Origin: the human T2T-CHM13v2.0 reference genome, Homo sapiens
Assembly (NCBI RefSeq): GCF_009914755.1
Contig: NC_060943.1
DNA length: 64,000 nt
Strand: one strand, 5' to 3'
Shown here: positions 12,501-27,000 of the stretch, piece after piece
How the letters are laid out: the number at the start of each line of letters is the position of its first letter
Numbering within the stretch: the stretch's first letter is position 1
The notes under the pieces: generated by a model
Told to the model about the DNA's origin: nothing
Database searches by the model: none
The model's input: the letters and a program-made list of their open reading frames with translations, nothing else
Position numbers and translations under genes: made by a program

Positions 12501-15500
12501 ACAGAGTTGAACCTTCCTTTTTATGGAGCAGTTTTGAAACACTCCTTTTGGAGAATCTGCAAGTGGATATTTGGAGCGCTTTGAGGCCTATGGTAGAAAA
12601 AGAAATATCTGCCTCTAAAAACCAGACAGAAGCATTCCGAGAAAAGTTCTTTGTGATGTTTGCATTCAACTAGCATAGTTGAACCTTCCTTTTGATAGGG
12701 CAGTTTGGAAACACTCTTTTTGTAGAATCTGCATGTGGATATCTGGAGCGGTTTGAGGCCTACGGTCAAAAAGGAAATATCTTCCTGGGAAAAATAGACG
12801 AAAGCATTCTCAGAAAGTGCTTTGTGATATGTGCATTCGACTCACCGAGTTGAAACTTTTTTTTGATAGAGCAGTTTTGAAACACTCTGCAGAATCTGAA
12901 AGTGGATATTTGGAGCTCTTTGAGGGCTATGGCGGAAAAGAAAATATATTCACAGTAAAGTAGACAGCAGCATTCTCAGAAACTTCTTTAGGATGTTTGC
13001 AGTAAACTCACAGAGTTGAACATACCTTTCCGTAGAGCAGTTTTGAAACACTCTGTTTGTGGGATCCGCAAGTGGATATTTGGACCGCTTTGAGACCTTT
13101 GCTGGAAATGGGAATATCTTCACGTATAAACTAGACAGAAGCATTCTCAGAAACTTCTTCGTGATGTGTGCATTCTACTCCCGAATTTGAATCTTCCTTT
13201 TCATGAAGCAGTTTTGAAACACTCTGTTTGTGCAATCCACAATTGGATAATTGGAACACTTTGATGCCAATGGTAGAAAAGGAAATAGCCTCATATAAAA
13301 ACTAGACCGAAGGATTCACAGAAAATGCTTTGTGATGTGTGCATTCAAATCACGGAGTTGAATCTTTCTTTTGTTAGAGCAGTTTTGAAACACTGTTTCT
13401 GTGGAATCTGCCAGCGGACACTTGGAGCGCTTTGAGGGCTATGGTGGAGAAGGAAATATCTTCCCATAAAAACTAGAGAGAAGCATTCTCAGAAACATTT
13501 ATGTGAAGCGTGCATTCAACTCACAGAGTTGAACCTTCCTTTTGATACAACAGTTTTGAAACACTCTTTTGAACAATTGCAGGTGAATCTTTGGAGCGCT
13601 TTGAAGCCTTTGTTGGAAATGGGAATATCTTCACACACAAACTAGCCAGAAGCATTCTCAGAAACTTCTTTGTGATGTGTGCGTTGAACCCAGAGAGATG
13701 AACCTTTCCTTTGATAGAGCAGTTTTGAAACGTGTTTTTGTAAGATCGGCAAGCGGATAATTGGCTTCGCTTTGTGTCCTTTGGTGGAAACGGGAATATC
13801 TTCTAATAAAAACTAGACAGAAATATTCTCAGAATCTCCTTTGTGATGTGGGCATTCAACTAACACAGTTGAACATTTCTTATCACAGAGCAGTTTTGAA
13901 ACACTCTTTTGGTAGAATCTGCCAGTGGATATTTGGAGCGCTTGGAGGGCTATTGTGCCAATGGAAATATCTGCCCCTGAAAACTAGACAGAAGCATTCT
14001 CAGACACTACTTCGTGATGTTTGCATTCAACACACAGAGTTGAACATACCTCTTCACAGAGCAGTTTTGAAAACCTCTTTCTGTAGAATCTGCAAGTGGA
14101 TATTCAGACCACTTTGAGGCCTTCATAGGAAACAGTAATATCTTCGCATAAAAACTAGATAGAAGCATTGTCAGAAAGTTCTTTGTGATGTGTGAATTCA
14201 ACTCACAGAGTTGAACCTTCCTTTAATACAGCAGTTTTGAAACACTCTTTTTCTAGAATCTGCAAGTAGATATTTGGAGCGCTTTGAGGCCTTCGTTGGA
14301 AACCGGAATATCTTCACAGGAAAAGTAGATAGAGGCATTCTCAGAAACTTTTTTGTGATATGTAGATGAAACTCACAGCGTTGAACCTTTCTTTGGATGG
14401 AGCAGTTTTGAAAAACCCTTTTATCGAATCTGCAGGTAGACATTCGGGGTGCTTTGAGGGCTGTGGTGCAAAAGGAAATGTCTTCCCATAGAAACTAGAC
14501 TGAAGCATTCTCAGCAACTTCTTGGTGACGTTTGCATTCATCTCACAGTGTTGAACATACCTTTCCATAGAGTGGTTTTGAAACACTGTTTTTGTAGAAT
14601 CGGCAAGTGGATATTTGGACTGCTTTGAGGCCTTCATCGGAAAGGGGAGTATCTTCACATAAACACCAGAGAGAAGCATTCTCAGAAACTTCTTTGTCAT
14701 CTGTCCATTCAACTCACAGAGTTGAACCTTCCTTTTTATGGAGCAGTTTTGAAACACTCCTTTTGGAGAATCTGCAAGTGGATATTTGGAGCGCTTTGAG
14801 GCCTATGGTAGAAAAAGAAATATCTGCCTCTAAAAACCAGACAGAAGCATTCCGAGAAACTTCTTTGTGATGTTTGCATTCAACTAGCAGAGTTGAACCT
14901 TCCTTTTGATAGGGCAGTTTGGAGACACTCTTTTTGTAGAATCTGCATGTGGATATCTGGAGCGGTTTGAGGCCTACGGTCAAAAAGGAAATATCTTCCT
15001 GGGAAAAATAGACGAAAGCATTCTCAGAAAGTGCTTTGTGATATGTGCATTCGACTCACCGAGTTGAAACTTTTTTTTGATAGAGCAGTTTTGAAACACT
15101 CTGCAGAATCTGAAAGTGGATATTTGGAGCTCTTTGAGGGCTATGGCGGAAAAGAAAATATATTCACATTAAAGTAGACAGCAGCATTCTCAGAAACTTC
15201 TTTAGGATGTTTGCAGTAAACTCACAGAGTTGAACATACCTTTCCGTAGAGCAGTTGTGAAACACTCTGTTTGTGGGATCCGCAAGTGGATATTTGGACG
15301 GCTTTGAGACCTTTGCTGGAAATGGGAATATCTTCACATATAAACTAGACAGAAGCATTCTCAGAAACTTCTTCGTGATGTGTGCATTCTACTCCCGAAT
15401 TTGAATCTTCCTTTTCATGAAGCAGTTTTGAAACACTCTGTTTGTGCAATCCACAATTGGATAATTGGAACGCTTTGATGCCCATGGTAGAAAAGGAAAT

Positions 15501-18500
15501 ATCCTCATATAAAAACTAGACAGAAGGATTCACAGAAAATGCTTTGTGATGTGTGCATTCAAATCACGGAGTTGAATCTTTCTTTTGTCAGAGCAGTTTT
15601 GAAACACTGTTTCTGTGGAATCTGCCAGCGGACACTTGGAGCGCTTTGAGGGCTATGGTGGAGAAGGAAATATCTTCCCATAAAAACTAGAGAGAAGCAT
15701 TCTCAGAAACATTTATGTGAAGCGTGCATTCAACTCACAGAGTTGAACCTTCCTTTTGATACAACAGTTTTGAAACACTCTTTTGAACAATTGCAGGTGA
15801 ATCTTTGGAGCGCTTTGAAGCCTTTGTTGGAAATGGGAATATCTTCACACACAAACTAGCCAGAAGCATTCTCAGAAACTTCTTTGTGATGTGTGCGTTG
15901 AACCCAGAGAGATGAACCTTTCCTTTGATAGAGCAGTTTTGAAACGTGTTTTTGTAAGATCGGCAAGCGGATAATTGGCTTCGCTTTGTGTCCTTTGGTG
16001 GAAACGGGAATATCTTCTAATAAAAACTAGACAGAAATATTCTCAGAATCTCCTTTGTGATGTGGGCATTCAACTAACACAGTTGAACATTTCTTTTCAC
16101 AGAGCAGTTTTGAAACACTCTTTTGGTAGAATCTGCCAGTGGATATTTGGAGCGCTTGGAGGGCTATTGTGCCAATGGAAATATCTGCCCCTGAAAACTG
16201 GACAGAAGCATTCTCAGAAACTACTTCGTGATGTTTGCATTCAACACACAGAGTTGAACATACCTCTTCACAGAGCAGTTTTGAAAACCTCTTTCTGTAG
16301 AATCTGCAAGTGGATATTCGGACCACTTTGAGGCCTTCATAGGAAACAGTAATATCTTCACATAAAAACTGGATAGAAGCATTGTCAGAAAGTTCTTTGT
16401 GATGTGTGAATTCAACTCACAGAGTTGAACCTTCCTTTAATAGAGCAGTTGTGAAACACTCCTTTTCTAGAATCTGCAAGTAGATATTTGGAGCGCTTGG
16501 AGGCCTTCGTTGGAAACCGGAATATCTTCACAGGAAAAGTAGATAGAGGCATTCTCAGAAACTTTTTTTGTGATATGTAGATTCAACTCACAGCGTTGAA
16601 CCTTTCTTTGGATGGAGCAGTTTTGAAAACCTCTTTTATCGAATCTGCAGGTAGACATTCGGGGTGCTTTGAGGGCTGTGGTGCAAAAGGAAATGTCTTC
16701 CCATAGAAACTAGACTGAAGCATTCTCAGCAACTTCTTGGTGACGTTTGCATTCATCTCACAGTGTTGAACATACCTCTCCATAGAGTGGTTTTGAAACA
16801 CTGTTTTTGTAGAATCGGCAAGTGGATATTTGGACTGCTTTGAGGCCTTCATCGGAAACGGGAATATCTTCACATAAACACTAGAGAGAAGCATTCTCAG
16901 AAACTTCTTTGTCATCTGTCCATTCAACTCACAGAGTTGAACCTTCCTTTTTATGGAGCAGTTTTGAAACACTCCTTTTGGAGAATCTGCAAGTGGATAT
17001 TTGGAGCGCTTTGAGGCCTATGGTAGAAAAAGAAATATCTGCCTCTAAAAACCAGACAGAAGCATTCCGAGAAACTTCTTTGTGATGTTTGCATTCAACT
17101 AGCAGAGTTGAACCTTCCTTTTGATAGGGCAGTTTGGAAACACTGTTTTTGTAGAATCTGCATGTGGATATCTGGAGCGGTTTGAGGCCTACGGTCAAAA
17201 AGGAAATATCTTCCTGGGAAAAATAGACGAAAGCATTCTCAGAAAGTGCTGTGTGATATGTGCATTCGACTCACCGAGTTGAAACTTTTTTTTGATAGAG
17301 CAGTTTTGAAACACCCTGCAGAATCTGAAAGTGGATATTTGGAGCTCTTTGAGGGCTATGGCGGAAAAGAAAATATATTCACATTAAAGTAGACAGCAGC
17401 ATTCTCAGAAACTTCTTTAGGATGTTTGCAGTAAACTCACAGAGTTGAACATACCTTTCCGTAGAGCAGTTTTGAAACACTCTGTTTGTGGGATCCGCAA
17501 GTGGATATTTGGACCGCTTTGAGACCTTTGCTGGAAATGGGAATATCTTCACGTATAAACTAGACAGAAGCATTCTCAGAAACTTCTTCGTGATGTGTGC
17601 ATTCTACTCCCGAATTTGAATCTTCCTTTTCATGAAGCAGTTTTGAAACACTCTGTTTGTGCAATCCACAATTGGATAATTGGAACGCTTTGATGCCCAT
17701 GGTAGAAAAGGAAATATCCTCATATAAAAACTAGACAGAAGGATTCACAGAAAATGCTTTGTGATGTGTGCATTCAAATCACGGAGTTGAATCTTTCTTT
17801 TGTCAGAGCAGTTTTGAAACACTGTTTCTGTGGAATCTGCCAGCGGACACTTGGAGCGCTTTGAGGGCTATGGTGGAGAAGGAAATATCTTCCCATAAAA
17901 ACTAGACAGAAGCATTCTCAGAAACATTTATGTGAAGCGTGCATTCAACTCACAGAGTTGAACCTTCCTTTTGATACAACAGTTTTGAAACACTCTTTTG
18001 AACAATTGCAGGTGAATCTTTGGAGCGCTTTGAAGCCTTTGTTGGAAATGGGAATATCTTCACACACAAACTAGCCAGAAGCATTCTCAGAAACTTCTTT
18101 GTGATGTGTGCGTTGAACCCAGAGAGATGAACCTTTCCTTTGATAAAGCAGTTTTGAAACGCGTTTTTGTAAGATCGGCAAGCGGATAATTGGCTTCGCT
18201 TTGTGTCCTTTGGTGGAAACGGGAATATCTTCTAATAAAAACTAGACAGAAATATTCTCAGAATCTCCTTTGTGATGTGGGTATTCAACTAACACAGTTG
18301 AACATTTCTTTTCACAGAGCAGTTTTGAAACACTCTTTTGGTAGAATCTGCCAGTGGATATTTGGAGCGCTTGGAGGGCTATTGTGCCAATGGAAATATC
18401 TGCCCCTGAAAACTGGACAGAAGCATTCTCAGAAACTACTTCGTGATGTTTGCATTCAACACACAGAGTTGAACATACCTCTTCACAGAGCAGTTTTGAA

Positions 18501-20837
18501 AACCTCTTTCTGTAGAATCTGCAAGTGGATATTCGGACCACTTTGAGGCCTTCATAGGAAACAGTAATATCTTCACATAAAAACTGGATAGAAGCATTGT
18601 CAGAAAGTTCTTTGTGATGTGTGAATTCAACTCACAGAGTTGAACCTTCCTTTAATAGAGCAGTTGTGAAACACACTTTTTCTAGAATCTGCAAGTAGAT
18701 ATTTGGAGCGCTTTGAGGCCTTCGTTGGAAACCGGAATATCTTCACAGGAAAAGTAGATAGAGGCATTCTCAGAAACTTTTTTTGTGATATGTAGATTCA
18801 ACTCACAGCGTTGAACCTTTCTTTGGATGGAGCAGTTTTGAAAAACTCTTTTATCTAATCTGCAGGTAGACATTTGGGGTGCTTTGAGGGCTGTGGTGCA
18901 AAAGGAAATGTCTTCCCATAGAAACTAGACTGAAGCATTCTCAGCAACTTCTTGGTGACGTTTGCATTCATCTCACAGTGTTGAACATACCTCTCCATAG
19001 AGTGGTTTTGAAACACTGTTTTTGTAGAATCGGCAAGTGGATATTTGGACTGCTTTGAGGCCTTCATCGGAAACGGGAATATCTTCACATAAACACTAGA
19101 GAGAAGCATTCTCAGAAACTTCTTTGTCATCTGTCCATTCAACTCACAGAGTTGAAACTTCCTTTTTATGGAGCAGTTTTGAAACACTCCTTTTGGAGAA
19201 TCTGCAGGTGGATATTTGGAGCGCTTTGAGGCCTATGGTAGAAAAAGAAATATCTGCCTCTAAAAACCAGACAGAAGCATTCCGAGAAACTTCTTTGTGA
19301 TGTTTGCATTCAACTAGCAGAGTTGAACCTTCCATTTGATAGGGCAGTTTGGAAACACTCTTTTTGTAGAATCTGCATGTGGATATCTGGAGCGGTTTGA
19401 GGCCTACGGTCAAAAAGGAAATATCTTCCTGGGAAAAATAGACGAAAGCATTCTCAGAAACTGCTTTGTGATATGTGCATTCGACTCACCGAGTTTAAAC
19501 TTTTTTTTGATAGAGCAGTTTTGAAACACTCTGTAGAATCTGAAAGTGGATATTTGGAGCTCTTTGAGGGCTATGGCGGAAAAGAAAATATATTCACATT
19601 AAAGTAGACAGCAGCATTCTCAGAAACTTCTTTAGGATGTTTGCAGTAAACTCACAGAGTTGAACATACCTTTCCGTAGAGCAGTTTTGAAACACTCTGT
19701 TTGTGGGATCCGCAAGTGGATATTTGGACCGCTTTGAGACCTTTGCTGGAAATGGGAATATCTTCACGTATAAACTAGACAGAAGCATTCTCAGAAACTT
19801 CTTCGTGATGTGTGCATTCTACTCCCGAATTTGAATCTTCCTTTTCATGAAGCAGTTTTGAAACACTCTGTTTGTGCAATCCACAAGTGGATAATTGGAA
19901 CGCTTTGATGCCCATGGTAGAAAAGGAAATATCCTCATATAAAAACTAGACAGAAGGATCCACAGAAAATGCTTTGTGATGTGTGCATTCAAATCACGGG
20001 GTTGAATCTTTCTTTTGTCAGAGCAGTTTTGAAACACTGTTTCTGTGGAATCTGCCAGCGGACACTTGGAGCGCTTTGAGGGCTATGGTGGAGAAGGAAA
20101 TATCTTCCCATAAAAACTAGAGAGAAGCATTCTCAGAAACATTTATGTGAAGCGTGCATTCAACTCACAGAGTTGAACCTTCCTTTTGATACAACAGTTT
20201 TGAAACACTCTTTTGAACAATTGCAGGTGAATCTTTGGAGCGCTTTGAAGCCTTTGTTGGAAATGGGAATATCTTCACACACAAACTAGCCAGAAGCATT
20301 CTCAGAAACTTCTTTGTGATGTGTGCGTTGAACCCAGAGAGATGAACCTTTCCTTCGATAGAGCAGTTTTGAATCGCGTTTTTGTAAGATCGGCAAGCAG
20401 ATAATTGGCTTCGCTTTGTGTCCTTTGGTGGAAACGGGAATATCTTCTAATAAAAACTAGACAGAAATATTCTCAGAATCTCCTTTGTGATGTGGGCATT
20501 CAACTAACACAGTTGAACATTTCTTTTCACAGAGCAGTTTTGAAACACTCTTTTGGTAGAATCTGCCAGTGGATATTTGGAGCGCTTGGAGGACTATTGT
20601 GCCAATGGAAATATCTGCCCCTGAAAACTGGACAGAAGCATTCTCAGAAACTACTTCGTGATGTTTGCATTCAACACACAGAGTTGAACATACCTCTTCA
20701 CAGAGCAGTTTTGAAAACCTCTTTCTGTAGAATCTGCAAGTGGATATTCGGACCACTTTGAGGCCTTCATAGGAAACAGTAATATCTTCACATAAAAACT
20801 AGATAGAAGCATTGTCAGAAAGTTCTTTGTGATGAGT

Positions 20838-23800
20838 GAATTCAACTCACAGAGTTGAACCTTCCTTTAATAGAGCAGTTGTGAAACACTCTTTTTCTAG
20901 AATCTGAAAGTAGATATTTGGAGCGCTTTGAGGCCTTCGTTGGAAACAGGAATATCTTCACAGGAAAAGTAGATAGAGGCATTCTCAGAAACTTTTTTTC
21001 TGATATGTAGATTCAACTCACAGCGTTGAACCTTTCTTTGGATGGAGCAGTTTTGAAAAACTCTTTTATCGAATCTGCAGGTAGACATTTGGGGTGCTTT
21101 GAGGGCTGTGGTGCAAAAGGAAATGTCTTCCCATAGAAACTAGACTGAAGCATTCTCAGCAACTTCTTGGTGACGTTTGCATTCATCTCACAGTGTTGAA
21201 CATACCTCTCCATAGAGTGGTTTTGAAACACTGTTTTTGTAGTATCGGCAAGTGGATATTTGGACTGCTTTGAGGCCTTCATCGGAAACGGGAATATCTT
21301 CACATAAACACTAGAGAGAAGCATTCTCAGAAACTTCTTTGTCATCTGTCCATTCAACTCACAGAGTTGAACCTTCCTTTTTATGGAGCAGTTTTGAATC
21401 ACTCCTTTTGGAGAATCTGCAGGTGGATATTTGGAGCGCTTTGAGGCCTATGGTAGAAAAAGAAATATCTGCCTCTAAAAACCAGACAGAAGCATTCCGA
21501 GAAACTTCTTTGTGATGTTTGCATTCAACTAGCAGAGTTGAACCTTCCTTTTGATAGGGCAGTTTGGAAACACTCTTTTTGTAGAATCTGCATGTGGATA
21601 TCTGGAGCGGTTTGAGGCCTACGGTCAAAAAGGAAATATCTTCCTGGGAAAAATAGACGAAAGCATTCTCAGAAACTGCTTTGTGATATGTGCATTCGAC
21701 TCACCGAGTTTAAACTTTTTTTTGATAGAGCAGTTTTGAAACACTCTGTAGAATCTGAAAGTGGATATTTGGAGCTCTTTGAGGGCTATGGCGGAAAAGA
21801 AAATATATTCACATTAAAGTAGACAGCAGCATTCTCAGAAACTTCTTTAGGATGTTTGCAGTAAACTCACAGAGTTGAACCTGCCTTTAATAGAGCAGTT
21901 TTGAAACACTCCTTTTCTAGAATCTGAAAGTAGATATTTGGAGCGCTTTGAGGCCTTCGTTGGAAACCGGAATATCTTCACAGGAAAAGTAGATAGAGGC
22001 ATTCTCAGAAACTTTTTTTGTGATATGTAGATTCAACTCACAGCGTTGAACCTTTCTTTGGATGGAGCAGTTTTGAAAACCTCTTTTATCGAATCTGCAG
22101 GTAGACATTCGGGGTGCTTTGAGGGCTGTGGTGCAAAAGGAAATGTCTTCCCATAGAAACTAGACTGAAGCATTCTCAGCAACTTCTTGGTGACGTTTGC
22201 ATTCATCTCACAGTGTTGAACATACCTTTCCATAGAGTGGTTTTGAAACACTGTTTTTGTAGAATCGGCAAGTGGATATTTGGACTGCTTTGAGGCCTTC
22301 ATCGGAAACGGGAATATCTTCACATAAACACTAGAGAGAAGCATTCTCAGAAACTTCTTTGTGATCTGTCCATTCAACTCACAGAGTTGAACCTTCCTTT
22401 TTATGGAGCAGTTTTGAAACACTCCTTTGGGAGAATCTGCAGGTGGATATTTGGAGCGCTTTGAGGCCTATGGTAGAAAAAGAAATATCTGCCTCTAAAA
22501 ACCAGACAGAAGCATTCCGAGAAACTTCTTTGTGATGTTTGCATTCAACTAGAAGAGTTGAACCTTCCTTTTGATAGGGCAGTTTGGAAACACTCTTTTT
22601 GTAGAATCTGCATGTGGATATCTGGAGCGGTTTGAGGCCTACGGTCAAAAAGGAAATATCTTCCTGGGAAAAATAGACGAAAGCATTCTCAGAAAGTGCT
22701 TTGTGATATGCGCATTCGACTCACCGAGTTGAAACTTTTTTTTGATAGAGCAGTTTTGAAACACTCTGTAGAATCTGAAAGTGGATATTTGGAGCTCTTT
22801 GAGGGCTATGGCGGAAAAGAAAATATATTCACATTAAAGTAGACAGCAGCATTCTCAGAAACTTCTTTAGGATGTTTGCAGTAAACTCACAGAGTTGAAC
22901 ATACCTTTCCGTAGAGCAGTTTTGAAACACTCTGTTTGTGGGATCCGCAAGTGGATATTTGGACCGCTTTGAGACCTTTGCTGGAAATGGTGATATCTTC
23001 ACGTATAAACTAGACAGAAGCATTCTCAGAAACTTCTTCGTGATGTGTGCATTCTCCTCCCGAATTTGAATCTTCCTTTTCATGAAGCAGTTTTGAAACA
23101 CTCTGTTTGTGCAATCCACAATTGGATAATTGGAACGCTTTGATGCCCATGGTAGAAAAGGAAATATCCTCATATAAAAACTAGACAGAAGGATTCACAG
23201 AAAATGCTTTGTGATGTGTGCATTAAAATCACGGAGTTGAATCTTTCTTTTGTCAGAGCAGTTTTGAAACACTGTTTCTGTGGAATCTGCCAGCGGACAC
23301 TTGGAGCACTTTGAGGGCTATGGTGGAGAAGGAAATATCTTCCCATAAAAACTAGACAGAAGCATTCTCAGAAACATTTATGTGAAGCGTGCATTCAACT
23401 CACAGAGTTGAACCTTCCTTTTGATACAACAGTTTTGAAACACTCTTTTGAACAATTGCAGGTGAATCTTTGGAGCGCTTTGAAGCCTTTGTTGGAAATG
23501 GGAATATCTTCACACACAAACTAGCCAGAAGCATTCTCAGAAACTTCTTTGTGATGTGTGCGTTGAACCCAGAGAGATGAACCTTTCCTTCGATAGAGCA
23601 GTTTTGAAACGTGTTTTTGTAAGTTCGGCAAGCGGATAATTGGCTTCGCTTTGTGTCCTTTGGTGGAAACGGGAATATCTTCTAATAAAAACTAGACAGA
23701 AATATTCTCAGAATCTCCTTTGTGATGTGGGCATTCAACTAACACAGTTGAACATTTCTTTTCACAGAGCAGTTTTGAAACACTCTTTTGGTAGAATCTG

Positions 23801-24072
23801 CCAGTGGATATTTGGAGCGCTTGGAGGACTATTGTGCCAATGGAAATATCTGCCCCTGAAAACTGGACAGAAGCATTCTCAGAAACTACTTCGTGATGTT
23901 TGCATTCAACACACAGAGTTGAACATACCTCTTCACAGAGCAGTTTTGAAAACCTCTTTCTGTAGAATCTGCAAGTGGATATTCGGACCACTTTGAGGCC
24001 TTCATAGGAAACAGTAATATCTTCACATAAAAACTAGATAGAAGCATTGTCAGAAAGTTCTTTGTGATGTGT
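20838..24072 (+). repeat. Variant 19-monomer HOR unit (3235 bp; 6 extra monomers)
   Basis: EcoRI sites at 20838 and 24073. Segment 20861-21880 is repeated as 21881-22900 (1020-bp offset), with a hybrid monomer junction at 21864-21880. Confidence 0.93.
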
Positions 24073-27000
24073 GAATTCAACTCACAGAGTTGAACCTTCC
24101 TTCAATAGAGCAGTTGTGAAACACTCTTTTTCTAGAATCTGCAAGTAGATATTTGGAGCGCTTTGAGGCCTTCGTTGGAAACCGGAATATCTTCACAGGA
24201 AAAGTAGATAGAGGCATTCTCAGAAACTTTTTTGTGATATGTAGATTCAACTCACAGCGTTGAACCTTTCTTTGGATGGAGCAGTTTTGAAAAACCCTTT
24301 TATCGAATCTGCAGGTGGACATTTGGGGTGCTTTGAGGGCTGTGGTGCAAAAGGAAATGTCTTCCCATAGAAACTAGACTGAAGCATTCTCAGCAACTTC
24401 TTGGTGACGTTTGCATTCATCTCACAGTGTTGAACATACCTTTCCATAGAGTAGTTTTGAAACACTGTTTTTGTAGAATCGGCAAGTGGATATTTGGACT
24501 GCTTTGAGGCCTTCATCGGAAACGGGAATATCTTCACATAAACACTAGAGAGAAGCATTCTCAGAAACTTCTTTGTCATCTGTCCATTCAACTCACAGAG
24601 TTGAACCTTCCTTTTTATGGAGCAGTTTTGAAACACTCCTTTTGGAGAATCTGCAAGTGGATATTTGGAGCGCTTTGAGGCCTATGGTAGAAAAAGAAAT
24701 ATCTGCCTCTAAAAACCAGACAGAAGCATTCCGAGAAACTTCTTTGTGATGTTTGCATTCAACTAGCAGAGTTGAACCTTCCTTTTGATAGGGCAGTTTG
24801 GAAACACTCTTTTTGTAGAATCTGCATGTGGATATCTGGAGCGGTTTGAGGCCTACGGTCAAAAAGGAAATATCTTCCTGGGAAAAATAGACGAAAGCAT
24901 TCTCAGAAAGTGCTTTGTGATATGCGCATTCGACTCACTGAGTTGAAACTTTTTTTTGATAGAGCAGTTTTGAAACACTCTGTAGAATCTGAAAGTGGAT
25001 ATTTGGAGCTCTTTGAGGGCTATGGCGGAAAAGAAAATATATTCACATTAAAGTAGACAGCAGCATTCTCAGAAACTTCTTTAGGATGTTTGCAGTAAAC
25101 TCACAGAGTTGAACATACCTTTCCGTAGAGCAGTTTTGAAACACTCTGTTTGTGGGATCCGCAAGTGGATATTTGGACCGCTTTGAGACCTTTGCTGGAA
25201 ATGGGAATATCTTCACATATAAACTAGACAGAAGCATTCTCAGAAACTTCTTCGTGATGTGTGCATTCTCCTCCCGAATTTGAATCTTCCTTTTCATGAA
25301 GCAGTTTTGAAACACTCTGTTTGTGCAATCCACAATTGGATAATTGGAACGCTTTGATGCCCATGGTAGAAAAGGAAATATCCTCATATAAAAACTAGAC
25401 AGAAGGATTCACAGAAAATGCTTTGTGATGTGTGCATTCAAATCACGGAGTTGAATCTTTCTTTTGTCAGAGCAGTTTTGAAACACTGTTTCTGTGGAAT
25501 CTGCCAGCGGACACTTGGAGCGCTTTGAGGGCTATGGTGGAGAAGGAAATACCTTCCCATAAAAACTAGAAAGAAGCATTCTCAGAAACATTTATGTGAA
25601 GCGTGCATTCAACTCACAGAGTTGAACCTTCCTTTGATACAACAGTTTTGAAACACTCTTTTGAACAATTGCAGGTGAATCTTTGGAGCGCTTTGAAGCC
25701 TTTGTTGGAAATGGGAATATCTTCACACGCAAACTAGCCAGAAGCATTCTCAGAAACTTCTTTGTGATGTGTGCGTTGAACCCAGAGAGATGAACCCTTC
25801 CTTAGATAGAGCAGTTTTGAAACGTGTTCTTGTAAGATCGGCAAGCGGATAATTGGCTTCGCTTTGTGTCCTTTGGTGGAAACGGGAATATCTTCTAATA
25901 AAAACTAGACAGAAATATTCTCAGAATCTCCTTTGTGATGTGGGCATTCAACTAACACAGTTGAACATTTCTTTTCACAAAGCAGTTTTGAAACACACTT
26001 TTGGTAGAATCTGCCAGTGGATATTTGGAGCGCTTGGAGGGCTATTGTGCCAATGGAAATATCTGCCCCTGAAAACTAGACAGAAGCATTCTCAGAAACT
26101 ACTTCGTGATGTTTGCATTCAACACACAGAGTTGAACATACCTCTTCACAGAGCAGTTTTGAAAACCTCTTTCTGTAGAATCTGCAAGTGGATATTCGGA
26201 CCACTTTGAGGCCTTCATAGGAAACAGTAATATCTTCACATAAAAACTAGATAGAAGCATTGTCAGAAAGTTCTTTGTGATGTGTGAATTCAACTCACAG
26301 AGTTGAACCTTCCTTTAATAGAGCAGTTGTGAAACACTCCTTTTCTAGAATCTGCAAGTAGATATTTGGAGCGCTTTGAGGCCTTCTTTGGAAACCGGAA
26401 TATCTTCACAGGAAAAGTAGATAGAGGCATTCTCAGAAACTTTTTTTGTGATATGTAGATTCAACTCACAGCGTTGAACCTTTCTTTGGATGGAGCAGTT
26501 TTGAAAAACCCTTTTATCGAATCTGCAGGTAGACATTCGGGGTGCTTTGAGGGCTGTGGTGCAAAAGGAAATGTCTTCCCATAGAAACTAGACTGAAGCA
26601 TTCTCAGCAACTTCTTGGTGACGTTTGCATTCATCTCACAGTGTTGAACATACCTTTCCATAGAGTGGTTTTGAAACACTGTTTTTGTAGAATCAGCAAG
26701 TGGATATTTGGACTGCTTTGAGGCCTTCATCGGAAACGGGAATATCTTCACATAAACACTAGAGAGAAGCATTCTCAGAAACTTCTTTGTCATCTGTCCA
26801 TTCAACTCACAGAGTTGAACCTTCCTTTTTATGGAGCAGTTTTGAAACACTCCTTTTGGAGAATCTGCAAGTGGATATTTGGAGCGCTTTGAGGCCTATG
26901 GTAGAAAAAGAAATATCTGCCTCTAAAAACCAGACAGAAGCATTCCGAGAAACTTCTTTGTGATGTTTGCATTCAACTAGCAGAGTTAAAACTTCCTTTT

